A DNA stretch of 64,000 nt from Naegleria gruberi (Eukaryota). The notes beneath the pieces are model-generated. The model ran no database searches. It had not been told where the DNA came from and was given only the letters and a program-made list of their open reading frames with translations. Of this stretch, positions 53,153 to 64,000 are shown piece by piece; the stretch's first letter is position 1; each line of letters opens with the position of its first letter. The position numbers and the translations under genes were made by a program. The stretch is taken from assembly GCA_000004985.1 (NCBI GenBank), contig GG738874.1; one strand, 5' to 3'.

Positions 53153-54179
53153 GAGATTTCTGATTGATATCATTATGATCTATTAGTTTCGCTACGTAGT
53201 GGTGTAACTAGCAACCTGTTGATTTGCATGAATCTGAAAAATGCAGCACTATCAAGTGTTGTGTGTCATAATTATCGCACGATTAGCTGTGCCAATTTTA
53301 TTCCTTTCCATAAAAGTCGCACCGAGTGTCATTCCAAATTTATACCAATAAACAAAGTTTAGACATGTTATCATCTGCTACTTTCACCACGTATTCTTTT
53401 CACGGTTGGCATAAATGCCATCACACAACTCGAATAAACTTTGTATTTTATGTTTTAATTGCTGAAAATAATCATAGGAAATCTACTTTCAAGTTTGAAA
53501 CCATTGTTATGCTCGTAACGAAATTTCCATTCAGAGGGTGAAGTCAGATTCTGAAATTGTCAAGTATTTAATGAGAAATGCAATAATTTATAAGTTTCAA
53601 CTGGATCTGGTGAGATGACACATAATCTTTTCCCTTGGGGGTTTGGAAATACGAACCTCGGATACCTCTTACTCCAATCTCTTATTGATTTAAGATTTTG
53701 AAATTGTTTATTATTGAATTTTTATAAAGAGTGTTGACACGAATCAGAAGCTTCTTATTGTAACAACACTTGATAGAAGAATGGGAAAGTGGCTGCATTA
53801 ATTCAACATATTGAAAGTGAACAAGGTTCTCATCTCAAGATTTGGAACTCTTCTTCATGAAGAGGAGATTATTGGGTGGTGACTAGAGAGAAACATTTCC
53901 TTGTAGCTTTTCTACTAGTAATTAATTGACCAAGATGTTGACCTATAATATGGAAACACAATAAAATTCAATAATACTGATAAATCCAAGTAGTGAATAT
54001 GAATGGTAATCATAAATCTAAAATCCTTCCAGAAAAAATCATGGTTGGATCCATTTTGAGACTTTTGGAAGTCAACTTGGATGGCAATAGGGGAGCTTTT
54101 GATGTGGTTAACACATTTAAAGGGATCTGAATATTTTATTGGATGATATATGTCATCGCTGTACTTTATCACTAAATGT

Positions 54180-54300
54180 TGAATATCATGATGTTATAAT
54201 CTATATTTCCAATTTGGAAAATGTTGCAATGTCAATGTTTAATTGAAATATTGCCATCATACCAATAATTGATTTTATAATATAAAAATGGTATTATACA
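54180..54300. repeat. Subtelomeric dispersed repeat, family A. The second copy is at 56226..56340.
   Basis: Shared string ...caatttgg(a/g)aaatgt(t/c)gcaatgtcaat(g/a)(t/c)ttaattgaaatattgccat(c/a)ataccaat(a/t)attgatt... Confidence 0.7.
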
Positions 54301-54303
54301 CTA

Positions 54304-54952
54304 NNNNNNNNNNNNNNNNNNNNNNNNNNNNNNNNNNNNNNNNNNNNNNNNNNNNNNNNNNNNNNNNNNNNNNNNNNNNNNNNNNNNNNNNNNNNNNNNN
54401 NNNNNNNNNNNNNNNNNNNNNNNNNNNNNNNNNNNNNNNNNNNNNNNNNNNNNNNNNNNNNNNNNNNNNNNNNNNNNNNNNNNNNNNNNNNNNNNNNNNN
54501 NNNNNNNNNNNNNNNNNNNNNNNNNNNNNNNNNNNNNNNNNNNNNNNNNNNNNNNNNNNNNNNNNNNNNNNNNNNNNNNNNNNNNNNNNNNNNNNNNNNN
54601 NNNNNNNNNNNNNNNNNNNNNNNNNNNNNNNNNNNNNNNNNNNNNNNNNNNNNNNNNNNNNNNNNNNNNNNNNNNNNNNNNNNNNNNNNNNNNNNNNNNN
54701 NNNNNNNNNNNNNNNNNNNNNNNNNNNNNNNNNNNNNNNNNNNNNNNNNNNNNNNNNNNNNNNNNNNNNNNNNNNNNNNNNNNNNNNNNNNNNNNNNNNN
54801 NNNNNNNNNNNNNNNNNNNNNNNNNNNNNNNNNNNNNNNNNNNNNNNNNNNNNNNNNNNNNNNNNNNNNNNNNNNNNNNNNNNNNNNNNNNNNNNNNNNN
54901 NNNNNNNNNNNNNNNNNNNNNNNNNNNNNNNNNNNNNNNNNNNNNNNNNNNN
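54304..54952. other. Assembly gap (N-run).
   Basis: 649 N. Confidence 1.
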
Positions 54953-55035
54953 TTGAAATTGATAGAAACCTCATTATATGATGTTAATAACATATTGTAT
55001 CAATTTGGTATTGAATCTCATTGTCCTTAGGGTAC
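54953..55035. repeat. Subtelomeric dispersed repeat, family B. Other copies are at 56770..56862 and partly at 62040..62090.
   Basis: Shared string tgaaattgatag(a/g)aacctc(a/t)ttatatgatgtt(a/t)ataacatattgtatca(a/g)tttggtattgaatctcattgt(c/t)cttaggg. Confidence 0.7.
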
Positions 55036-55329
55036 TTCCCTATTGAGGTACCTTAATTGACCATCTCTATATTTAAATTGAGATATGATATTTATTTCAA
55101 TTGTATCATCATTTTGTAAATGATGGATAGTAGCCAAGTTGTGTATGGTGTAGAATTGGTATAACATTATTTTCAACATTTACAAGTGCAAATTCTCATC
55201 ATCTGTTGGACCAAAACAAAAAATTTTGTTATAGTGGTGGTTTTTTTACTAATATCCACATGTACAATATCGGAACAAGGAGATGCTCTATAGTTGTGCA
55301 GAATCATTCCACCAACAATAAGTTTTTGA

Positions 55330-55440
55330 AATATTCTTTTCTTAGTGAACTTTGCTTGCATCATAATTATTAAGGAATTGTTTCAAGTAGATGGAAAGTG
55401 TTCTAAAATTGCTGTAGATGGTAACATTCCGTTACAGCAT
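55330..55440. repeat. Local duplicated segment, family C. The second copy is at 55660..55745.
   Basis: Shared string cttgcatcataattattaaggaattgtttcaagtagatggaaa(g/a)tgtt(c)taaaat(t/c)g(c/a)tg(t/g)a(g/a)atggt. Confidence 0.7.
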
Positions 55441-55745
55441 AGTTAAATTCTAAGAAATGATTGAGATTTGCCATTTTTTCACAACTGTTATCTTTTAAAC
55501 AATGGTTGTCATCCAACCCGATGTAAAAACTGTTTGAAATTGTTTCAAATGAACGTGGAGTGGCTCAAACCCGTTGCTTCTTTTCAAAAAAGAGACTTAT
55601 CCAACCTTTTGAATGAGAATGTATTAACTATACAACAAACTGAAATTTATTTTTTCTTACTGAACTTTTCTTACTTCACAATTATTAAGGAATTGTTTCA
55701 AGTAGATGGAAAATGTTCCAAAATCGATGGAAATGGTGGCAGTCC

Positions 55746-55781
55746 TTAGGGTTTGGGGGTTTGGGGGTTTGGGTTTGGTTA
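55746..55781 (+). repeat. Short interstitial telomere-like tract, gggtttgggggtttgggggtttgggtttgg. A GC-rich motif (CCTGGCGCCGGACG) follows it.
   Basis: Direct reading of the sequence. The tract has the same orientation as the terminal (GGGTTT)n blocks. Confidence 0.7.
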
Positions 55782-56862
55782 ACCTGGCGCCGGACGATTT
55801 TGTCCAAAAATCCTGCCTTTCGACCTAAAATTTTTTAGCTATGCCTTCTACACATCTATTTCTATCTACCATATTAATATCTAGTCTTGTCTTTAAGTAA
55901 TTTTCGAGAAAATAGCCTCTGATTAGAGGTCATTTTTCAATAAAATTTTCCCGCGGAAATTTTCCCGCTTTTAGTATTACAGAACTTTGACAACCTTCAA
56001 ACTCAATCAAATTAGCAAATAATCTATTTATATAAAATGGAACCCTGCCATGTGATGTATACATCAATGTTACAAATAATTGTTTGTTGGATATATTTCT
56101 CTATGTAATATATTGAGTTTGATTGAATACTGTCAATAACAACACTATTAAACTTTTAAAAGGGACCTACATTTTATTTGATAATATCATTTATCTATGT
56201 ATTGTATCGACAAAAACCTGGTATCATGATTTTATTTTCTATATATTCAATTTGGGAAATGTCGCAATGTCAATACTTAATTGAAATATTGCCATAATAC
56301 CAATTATTGATTATATATCATGAAGCTGATATTATAGACTTTATTTGATGTATATATGAATATATGATTGAAATATTTCAATTTTGACTTTTCTTAATGT
56401 CATGGGTAGTTCACTAAGGTAGTCACTTTGCCATATGACAACTATCTAAGATGATATTGAAATCATTCCAAAATTGATATTATGATAGTATTTGATGATT
56501 ACAACATGATGAAAATGAAAAGGAATTGATTATTACAATATTTGACATGTAAGAATGTTACCTTTGATCAATTGGATAAGTAGCTTGACAGACATTCCAA
56601 TTATATAGATATTGATTTCTATTACTCAGATACTTTACAAATATCATTTATAAGAGTAGTGGTATGATATTCTGTTTTTTTATACTTCTTGATATTGACT
56701 TGTCATATTATCATGAGTAATTGCTTACATGGTTAAATGACATGTATACTGAATGATGTCCAAATGATATGAAATTGATAGGAACCTCTTTATATGATGT
56801 TTATAACATATTGTATCAGTTTGGTATTGAATCTCATTGTTCTTAGGGAACTCTCCTATTAA

Positions 56863-57458
56863 ATTTTGTAAAATCAACATGTACCTTCCTGTGGCGCCAT
56901 TTCTAATTATTATGATATGAAATTGAATTCTACATCATTATAGATCATCTATATCATGTTGGTAAAGTTTCAAAAGTGGTTCTTTTTCAAGATTTTATCC
57001 TTTTCATATCTAGTTGACCATGTGTGATTGAGGGAAGAAATCTATAAATATGAAAGTCAAAATAAATTTGATATTCGATGTTTACTCATTCAAATGGAAC
57101 ATTTTCATATCAGGGTTCAATATGTTTTGATGAGAAACTCAAAAGTTATTGTTGACCTCTTTTACCTCACAACTTCCCTTTTCACTTGATACTTTTATAC
57201 CTACAGACTTGAACTTTTGAAATTTGATATGAAAGTGATTATAGATGTTGTTAATGATGATATATACTATATAATCTCATTAAAGGATTTTGAAATTATC
57301 ATTCTTCCTATGGTTTCATTTTAACAATTTTAATCTGACACTATTTATAAAGTTAATATTTTATAAATTGAAAAACTAAATATAACACGTTGTTCTACTC
57401 ATCATTTACAATCGAGGTGATATAAAATTTAATGATATTTGAATAAGTTTATAATTTN
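56863..57458. repeat. Subtelomeric tandem element, copy 1 (~600 bp). It runs into the N-gap.
   Basis: About 90% identical over its length to 62080..62668. Confidence 0.85.
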
Positions 57459-60400
57459 NNNNNNNNNNNNNNNNNNNNNNNNNNNNNNNNNNNNNNNNNN
57501 NNNNNNNNNNNNNNNNNNNNNNNNNNNNNNNNNNNNNNNNNNNNNNNNNNNNNNNNNNNNNNNNNNNNNNNNNNNNNNNNNNNNNNNNNNNNNNNNNNNN
57601 NNNNNNNNNNNNNNNNNNNNNNNNNNNNNNNNNNNNNNNNNNNNNNNNNNNNNNNNNNNNNNNNNNNNNNNNNNNNNNNNNNNNNNNNNNNNNNNNNNNN
57701 NNNNNNNNNNNNNNNNNNNNNNNNNNNNNNNNNNNNNNNNNNNNNNNNNNNNNNNNNNNNNNNNNNNNNNNNNNNNNNNNNNNNNNNNNNNNNNNNNNNN
57801 NNNNNNNNNNNNNNNNNNNNNNNNNNNNNNNNNNNNNNNNNNNNNNNNNNNNNNNNNNNNNNNNNNNNNNNNNNNNNNNNNNNNNNNNNNNNNNNNNNNN
57901 NNNNNNNNNNNNNNNNNNNNNNNNNNNNNNNNNNNNNNNNNNNNNNNNNNNNNNNNNNNNNNNNNNNNNNNNNNNNNNNNNNNNNNNNNNNNNNNNNNNN
58001 NNNNNNNNNNNNNNNNNNNNNNNNNNNNNNNNNNNNNNNNNNNNNNNNNNNNNNNNNNNNNNNNNNNNNNNNNNNNNNNNNNNNNNNNNNNNNNNNNNNN
58101 NNNNNNNNNNNNNNNNNNNNNNNNNNNNNNNNNNNNNNNNNNNNNNNNNNNNNNNNNNNNNNNNNNNNNNNNNNNNNNNNNNNNNNNNNNNNNNNNNNNN
58201 NNNNNNNNNNNNNNNNNNNNNNNNNNNNNNNNNNNNNNNNNNNNNNNNNNNNNNNNNNNNNNNNNNNNNNNNNNNNNNNNNNNNNNNNNNNNNNNNNNNN
58301 NNNNNNNNNNNNNNNNNNNNNNNNNNNNNNNNNNNNNNNNNNNNNNNNNNNNNNNNNNNNNNNNNNNNNNNNNNNNNNNNNNNNNNNNNNNNNNNNNNNN
58401 NNNNNNNNNNNNNNNNNNNNNNNNNNNNNNNNNNNNNNNNNNNNNNNNNNNNNNNNNNNNNNNNNNNNNNNNNNNNNNNNNNNNNNNNNNNNNNNNNNNN
58501 NNNNNNNNNNNNNNNNNNNNNNNNNNNNNNNNNNNNNNNNNNNNNNNNNNNNNNNNNNNNNNNNNNNNNNNNNNNNNNNNNNNNNNNNNNNNNNNNNNNN
58601 NNNNNNNNNNNNNNNNNNNNNNNNNNNNNNNNNNNNNNNNNNNNNNNNNNNNNNNNNNNNNNNNNNNNNNNNNNNNNNNNNNNNNNNNNNNNNNNNNNNN
58701 NNNNNNNNNNNNNNNNNNNNNNNNNNNNNNNNNNNNNNNNNNNNNNNNNNNNNNNNNNNNNNNNNNNNNNNNNNNNNNNNNNNNNNNNNNNNNNNNNNNN
58801 NNNNNNNNNNNNNNNNNNNNNNNNNNNNNNNNNNNNNNNNNNNNNNNNNNNNNNNNNNNNNNNNNNNNNNNNNNNNNNNNNNNNNNNNNNNNNNNNNNNN
58901 NNNNNNNNNNNNNNNNNNNNNNNNNNNNNNNNNNNNNNNNNNNNNNNNNNNNNNNNNNNNNNNNNNNNNNNNNNNNNNNNNNNNNNNNNNNNNNNNNNNN
59001 NNNNNNNNNNNNNNNNNNNNNNNNNNNNNNNNNNNNNNNNNNNNNNNNNNNNNNNNNNNNNNNNNNNNNNNNNNNNNNNNNNNNNNNNNNNNNNNNNNNN
59101 NNNNNNNNNNNNNNNNNNNNNNNNNNNNNNNNNNNNNNNNNNNNNNNNNNNNNNNNNNNNNNNNNNNNNNNNNNNNNNNNNNNNNNNNNNNNNNNNNNNN
59201 NNNNNNNNNNNNNNNNNNNNNNNNNNNNNNNNNNNNNNNNNNNNNNNNNNNNNNNNNNNNNNNNNNNNNNNNNNNNNNNNNNNNNNNNNNNNNNNNNNNN
59301 NNNNNNNNNNNNNNNNNNNNNNNNNNNNNNNNNNNNNNNNNNNNNNNNNNNNNNNNNNNNNNNNNNNNNNNNNNNNNNNNNNNNNNNNNNNNNNNNNNNN
59401 NNNNNNNNNNNNNNNNNNNNNNNNNNNNNNNNNNNNNNNNNNNNNNNNNNNNNNNNNNNNNNNNNNNNNNNNNNNNNNNNNNNNNNNNNNNNNNNNNNNN
59501 NNNNNNNNNNNNNNNNNNNNNNNNNNNNNNNNNNNNNNNNNNNNNNNNNNNNNNNNNNNNNNNNNNNNNNNNNNNNNNNNNNNNNNNNNNNNNNNNNNNN
59601 NNNNNNNNNNNNNNNNNNNNNNNNNNNNNNNNNNNNNNNNNNNNNNNNNNNNNNNNNNNNNNNNNNNNNNNNNNNNNNNNNNNNNNNNNNNNNNNNNNNN
59701 NNNNNNNNNNNNNNNNNNNNNNNNNNNNNNNNNNNNNNNNNNNNNNNNNNNNNNNNNNNNNNNNNNNNNNNNNNNNNNNNNNNNNNNNNNNNNNNNNNNN
59801 NNNNNNNNNNNNNNNNNNNNNNNNNNNNNNNNNNNNNNNNNNNNNNNNNNNNNNNNNNNNNNNNNNNNNNNNNNNNNNNNNNNNNNNNNNNNNNNNNNNN
59901 NNNNNNNNNNNNNNNNNNNNNNNNNNNNNNNNNNNNNNNNNNNNNNNNNNNNNNNNNNNNNNNNNNNNNNNNNNNNNNNNNNNNNNNNNNNNNNNNNNNN
60001 NNNNNNNNNNNNNNNNNNNNNNNNNNNNNNNNNNNNNNNNNNNNNNNNNNNNNNNNNNNNNNNNNNNNNNNNNNNNNNNNNNNNNNNNNNNNNNNNNNNN
60101 NNNNNNNNNNNNNNNNNNNNNNNNNNNNNNNNNNNNNNNNNNNNNNNNNNNNNNNNNNNNNNNNNNNNNNNNNNNNNNNNNNNNNNNNNNNNNNNNNNNN
60201 NNNNNNNNNNNNNNNNNNNNNNNNNNNNNNNNNNNNNNNNNNNNNNNNNNNNNNNNNNNNNNNNNNNNNNNNNNNNNNNNNNNNNNNNNNNNNNNNNNNN
60301 NNNNNNNNNNNNNNNNNNNNNNNNNNNNNNNNNNNNNNNNNNNNNNNNNNNNNNNNNNNNNNNNNNNNNNNNNNNNNNNNNNNNNNNNNNNNNNNNNNNN

Positions 60401-61945
60401 NNNNNNNNNNNNNNNNNNNNNNNNNNNNNNNNNNNNNNNNNNNNNNNNNNNNNNNNNNNNNNNNNNNNNNNNNNNNNNNNNNNNNNNNNNNNNNNNNNNN
60501 NNNNNNNNNNNNNNNNNNNNNNNNNNNNNNNNNNNNNNNNNNNNNNNNNNNNNNNNNNNNNNNNNNNNNNNNNNNNNNNNNNNNNNNNNNNNNNNNNNNN
60601 NNNNNNNNNNNNNNNNNNNNNNNNNNNNNNNNNNNNNNNNNNNNNNNNNNNNNNNNNNNNNNNNNNNNNNNNNNNNNNNNNNNNNNNNNNNNNNNNNNNN
60701 NNNNNNNNNNNNNNNNNNNNNNNNNNNNNNNNNNNNNNNNNNNNNNNNNNNNNNNNNNNNNNNNNNNNNNNNNNNNNNNNNNNNNNNNNNNNNNNNNNNN
60801 NNNNNNNNNNNNNNNNNNNNNNNNNNNNNNNNNNNNNNNNNNNNNNNNNNNNNNNNNNNNNNNNNNNNNNNNNNNNNNNNNNNNNNNNNNNNNNNNNNNN
60901 NNNNNNNNNNNNNNNNNNNNNNNNNNNNNNNNNNNNNNNNNNNNNNNNNNNNNNNNNNNNNNNNNNNNNNNNNNNNNNNNNNNNNNNNNNNNNNNNNNNN
61001 NNNNNNNNNNNNNNNNNNNNNNNNNNNNNNNNNNNNNNNNNNNNNNNNNNNNNNNNNNNNNNNNNNNNNNNNNNNNNNNNNNNNNNNNNNNNNNNNNNNN
61101 NNNNNNNNNNNNNNNNNNNNNNNNNNNNNNNNNNNNNNNNNNNNNNNNNNNNNNNNNNNNNNNNNNNNNNNNNNNNNNNNNNNNNNNNNNNNNNNNNNNN
61201 NNNNNNNNNNNNNNNNNNNNNNNNNNNNNNNNNNNNNNNNNNNNNNNNNNNNNNNNNNNNNNNNNNNNNNNNNNNNNNNNNNNNNNNNNNNNNNNNNNNN
61301 NNNNNNNNNNNNNNNNNNNNNNNNNNNNNNNNNNNNNNNNNNNNNNNNNNNNNNNNNNNNNNNNNNNNNNNNNNNNNNNNNNNNNNNNNNNNNNNNNNNN
61401 NNNNNNNNNNNNNNNNNNNNNNNNNNNNNNNNNNNNNNNNNNNNNNNNNNNNNNNNNNNNNNNNNNNNNNNNNNNNNNNNNNNNNNNNNNNNNNNNNNNN
61501 NNNNNNNNNNNNNNNNNNNNNNNNNNNNNNNNNNNNNNNNNNNNNNNNNNNNNNNNNNNNNNNNNNNNNNNNNNNNNNNNNNNNNNNNNNNNNNNNNNNN
61601 NNNNNNNNNNNNNNNNNNNNNNNNNNNNNNNNNNNNNNNNNNNNNNNNNNNNNNNNNNNNNNNNNNNNNNNNNNNNNNNNNNNNNNNNNNNNNNNNNNNN
61701 NNNNNNNNNNNNNNNNNNNNNNNNNNNNNNNNNNNNNNNNNNNNNNNNNNNNNNNNNNNNNNNNNNNNNNNNNNNNNNNNNNNNNNNNNNNNNNNNNNNN
61801 NNNNNNNNNNNNNNNNNNNNNNNNNNNNNNNNNNNNNNNNNNNNNNNNNNNNNNNNNNNNNNNNNNNNNNNNNNNNNNNNNNNNNNNNNNNNNNNNNNNN
61901 NNNNNNNNNNNNNNNNNNNNNNNNNNNNNNNNNNNNNNNNNNNNN
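57459..61945. other. Assembly gap (N-run). It probably spans further copies of the subtelomeric tandem element.
   Basis: 4487 N, flanked on both sides by copies of the same ~600-bp element. Confidence 1.
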
Positions 61946-62079
61946 TGAAAGTGAAAATAAACTTGATTTTCTATCTCTACTCATCGAATGGAGCATTTTC
62001 ATGTATATATTGTTGGTTGAAGTGATGTATTTGATAGAGTTGGTCTGACTTGTCTTTCCTTTAAGTCAACCATAAAATA

Positions 62080-62668
62080 TCAACATTTACCTTCTCATGA
62101 TACCATTTCTGATTTTTAGGACATGAAATTGAATTCTATATCATTATAGATCATGTACATCATTTTGGTAAAGTTTTAATAGGTGGTCCTTTTTCAAGAT
62201 TTCATCCTTTTCATCCCTAGTTGACCATGATGGTTGAGGGAAGAAATCTTTAAATATGAAAGTTAAAATAAATTTGATATTCGATGTTTACTCATCAAAT
62301 GGAACATTTTCATATCAGGTTTCAATATGTTTTGATGAGAAACTCAAAAGTTATAGTTGACCTATTTTACCTCACAACTTCCCTTTTCACTCTATACTTT
62401 TATACCTACAGAGATGAACTTTTGAAATTTTATATGAAAGTGATTATGAATGTTGTTAACGATGATATATACTATATAATCTCATTAAAGGATTTTTAAA
62501 TTATCATTCTTCATATGGTTTCATTTATGAAATTTTAATCTGACATTATTTACAAAGTTAATATTTTATAAATTGAAAAACTAAATATACTACGTTGTTC
62601 TACTCATCATTTCCAATCGAATGATATAAAATATTATGATATTTGAATAAGTTTATAATTTTGGGCTA
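62080..62668. repeat. Subtelomeric tandem element, copy 2. It is preceded at 61946..62080 by a partial copy and is followed directly by telomere repeats.
   Basis: Aligns to 56863..57458. The piece at 61946-62040 aligns to an internal part of the element (57040-57135), which indicates a head-to-tail array. Confidence 0.85.
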
Positions 62669-63076
62669 GGGTTTGAACGTTGGGTTTAGAAGAATTCTGG
62701 GGGTTGGGTTTGGGTTTGGGTTTGGGTTTGGGTTTGGGTTTGGGTTTGGGTTTGGGTTTGGGTTTGGGTTTGGGTTTGGGTTTGGGTTTGGGTTTGGGTT
62801 TGGGTTTGGGTTTGGGTTTGGGTTTGGGTTTGGGTTTGGGTTTGGGTTTGGGTTTGGGTAGGGTTTGGGTTTGGGTTTGGGTTTGGGTTTGGGTTTGGGT
62901 TTGGGTTTGGGTTTGGGTTTGGTTGGGTTTGGGTTTGGGTTTGGGTTTGGGTTTGGGTTTGGGTTTGGGTTTGGGTTTGGGTTTGGGTTTGGGTTTGGGT
63001 TTGGGTTTGGGTTTGGGTTGGGTTTGGGTTTGGGTTTGGGTTTGGGTTTGGGTTTGGGTTTGGGTTTGGGTTTGGG
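62669..63076 (+). repeat. Telomere-type hexamer array (GGGTTT)n of ~65 units. It begins with degenerate units (gggctagggtttgaacgttgggtttagaagaattctggggg). A few variant units occur (GGGTAGGGTTT, GGTTGGGTTT). An N-run at 63077-63126 truncates it.
   Basis: Direct reading. The G-rich strand runs 5'->3' toward the window end. Confidence 0.9.
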
Positions 63077-63449
63077 NNNNNNNNNNNNNNNNNNNNNNNN
63101 NNNNNNNNNNNNNNNNNNNNNNNNNNTTGAATCAGGTTGATTTGCATGCAATATGAATAAGTAACATTATCAAGAGTGATTATTCACCAATTAAATAATC
63201 AATATTCAATAATCGGTTTGATTTCAATCAATAGCTTGATCAACAAGCTATGGATTAATATTCCAGTAATTAACGGCAGTCTATTTTTAAATTTAATCAA
63301 AGACCATATATAGTATCTTGACTTTTATGATCTGGAAACTATCTAGACGTGTTCTATTAGACGGTGGGCAGTGCCATGTATTCGTTGTTCCAACCAAATT
63401 TTTTTAGAGTCGAGCCAATTTTGTTAATATTTTAATATTATTTATTCTT

Positions 63450-63560
63450 CTGATGATATTTCGTCACCACTTTATTCATCACTTCCACTGTCTGACCCAG
63501 CTTGACTTGTAAATTTTTTAGCCTGACCGGCTCGACTTGGAAATTTCGCAAGTTCTGCAT
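63450..63560 (+). repeat. Three degenerate ~25-bp tandem units, (c/g)agc(t/c)(t/c)ga(c/g)tt(g)(t/g)aaattt, in the unique telomere-associated spacer.
   Basis: cccagcttgacttgtaaatttttta / gaccggctcgacttggaaatttcgc / ctctggctcggctttgaaattttta. Confidence 0.5.
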
Positions 63561-63639
63561 AAAATGCCTCTGGCTCGGCTTTGAAATTTTTACTTTGGGT
63601 TTGGATTAGAGTTGTTTTGATTTGTTACTTCGGGTTTGG

Positions 63640-64000
63640 GTTTTGATTTGTTACTTCGGGTTTGGGTTTGGGTTTGGGTTTGGGTTTGGGTTTGGGTTTG
63701 GGTTTGGGTTTGGGTTTGGGTTTGGGTTTGGGTTTGGGTTTGGGTTTGGGTTTGGGTTTGGGTTTGGGTTTGGGTTTGGGTTTGGGTTTGGTTGGGTTTG
63801 GGTTTGGGTTTGGGTTTGGGTTTGGGTTTGGGTTTGGGTTTGGGTTTGGGTTTGGGTTTGGGTTTGGGTTTGGGTTTGGGTTTGGGTTTGGGTTTGGGTT
63901 TGGGTTTGGGTTTGGGTTTGGGTTTGGGTTTGGGTTTGGGTTGGGTTTGGGTTTGGGTTTGGGTTTGGGTTTGGGTTTGGGTTTGGGTTTGGGTTTGGGT
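63640..64000 (+). repeat. Second (GGGTTT)n telomere-type array. It runs to the end of the window and is preceded by degenerate units (gggtttgggttttgatttgttacttcgggtttggg).
   Basis: Direct reading. Same orientation as the first array. Confidence 0.9.

Noticed and set aside
54288-54993. ORFs made of X residues, also at 57439..62025
   Set aside because: These are translations of N-runs (assembly gaps).
62666-63156. ORFs encoding (PK)n, (PN)n, (GL)n, (GF)n, (TQ)n
   Set aside because: These are six-frame translations of the (GGGTTT)n telomere-type array.
1-64000. CRISPR arrays, operons, bacterial-type promoters and terminators, tRNA/rRNA genes
   Set aside because: This is eukaryotic nuclear DNA. 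I saw no direct-repeat/spacer arrays, no tRNA-like cloverleaf signatures and no rRNA-like conserved blocks on inspection. The one GGTTCGAAT hit at about 8010 is inside a coding region and lacks the rest of a tRNA.

Overview
This 64-kb window is AT-rich nuclear DNA from a eukaryote, most likely a unicellular protist. It comes from a draft scaffold with N-gaps and appears to run into a chromosome end. The genetic code is standard: TAA, TAG and TGA all terminate long ORFs. Genes are densely packed on both strands. I found at least five short AT-rich spliceosomal introns (about 45-130 nt, GTAAGT/GTATGT...AG) by hand, and homology confirmed each one. The main content is a dense neighbourhood of G-protein signalling genes. 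It holds two G-alpha subunits and four RGS-domain proteins, two of which are 7TM-RGS fusions. It also holds two tandemly duplicated giant receptor-type class III adenylyl cyclases. Their K and D specificity residues predict adenylyl, not guanylyl, specificity. Other genes are: a 1848-aa NHL-repeat plus tenascin-type-EGF surface protein; an APE1/ExoIII AP-endonuclease with one intron; two tandem Lys/Ser-rich low-complexity paralogs; and several hypothetical membrane proteins. The distal third is subtelomeric. It contains a candidate hAT-like MITE with an 8-bp target-site duplication, a decayed EGF-TM gene fragment, and an NHL-BTB gene with near-identical DNA-level repeats. Beyond these lie dispersed and tandem subtelomeric repeat families and two blocks of (GGGTTT)n telomere-type repeat with the G-rich strand running toward the window end. 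The second adenylyl cyclase copy is interrupted by N-gaps, a misplaced diverged duplicate block and a 5-nt frame-breaking deletion. That looks like either an assembly artefact or a pseudogene. The ORF track uses TTG/GTG as starts, so many of its 'M' residues are not real ATGs. Hand-counted coordinates may be off by 1-2 nt.
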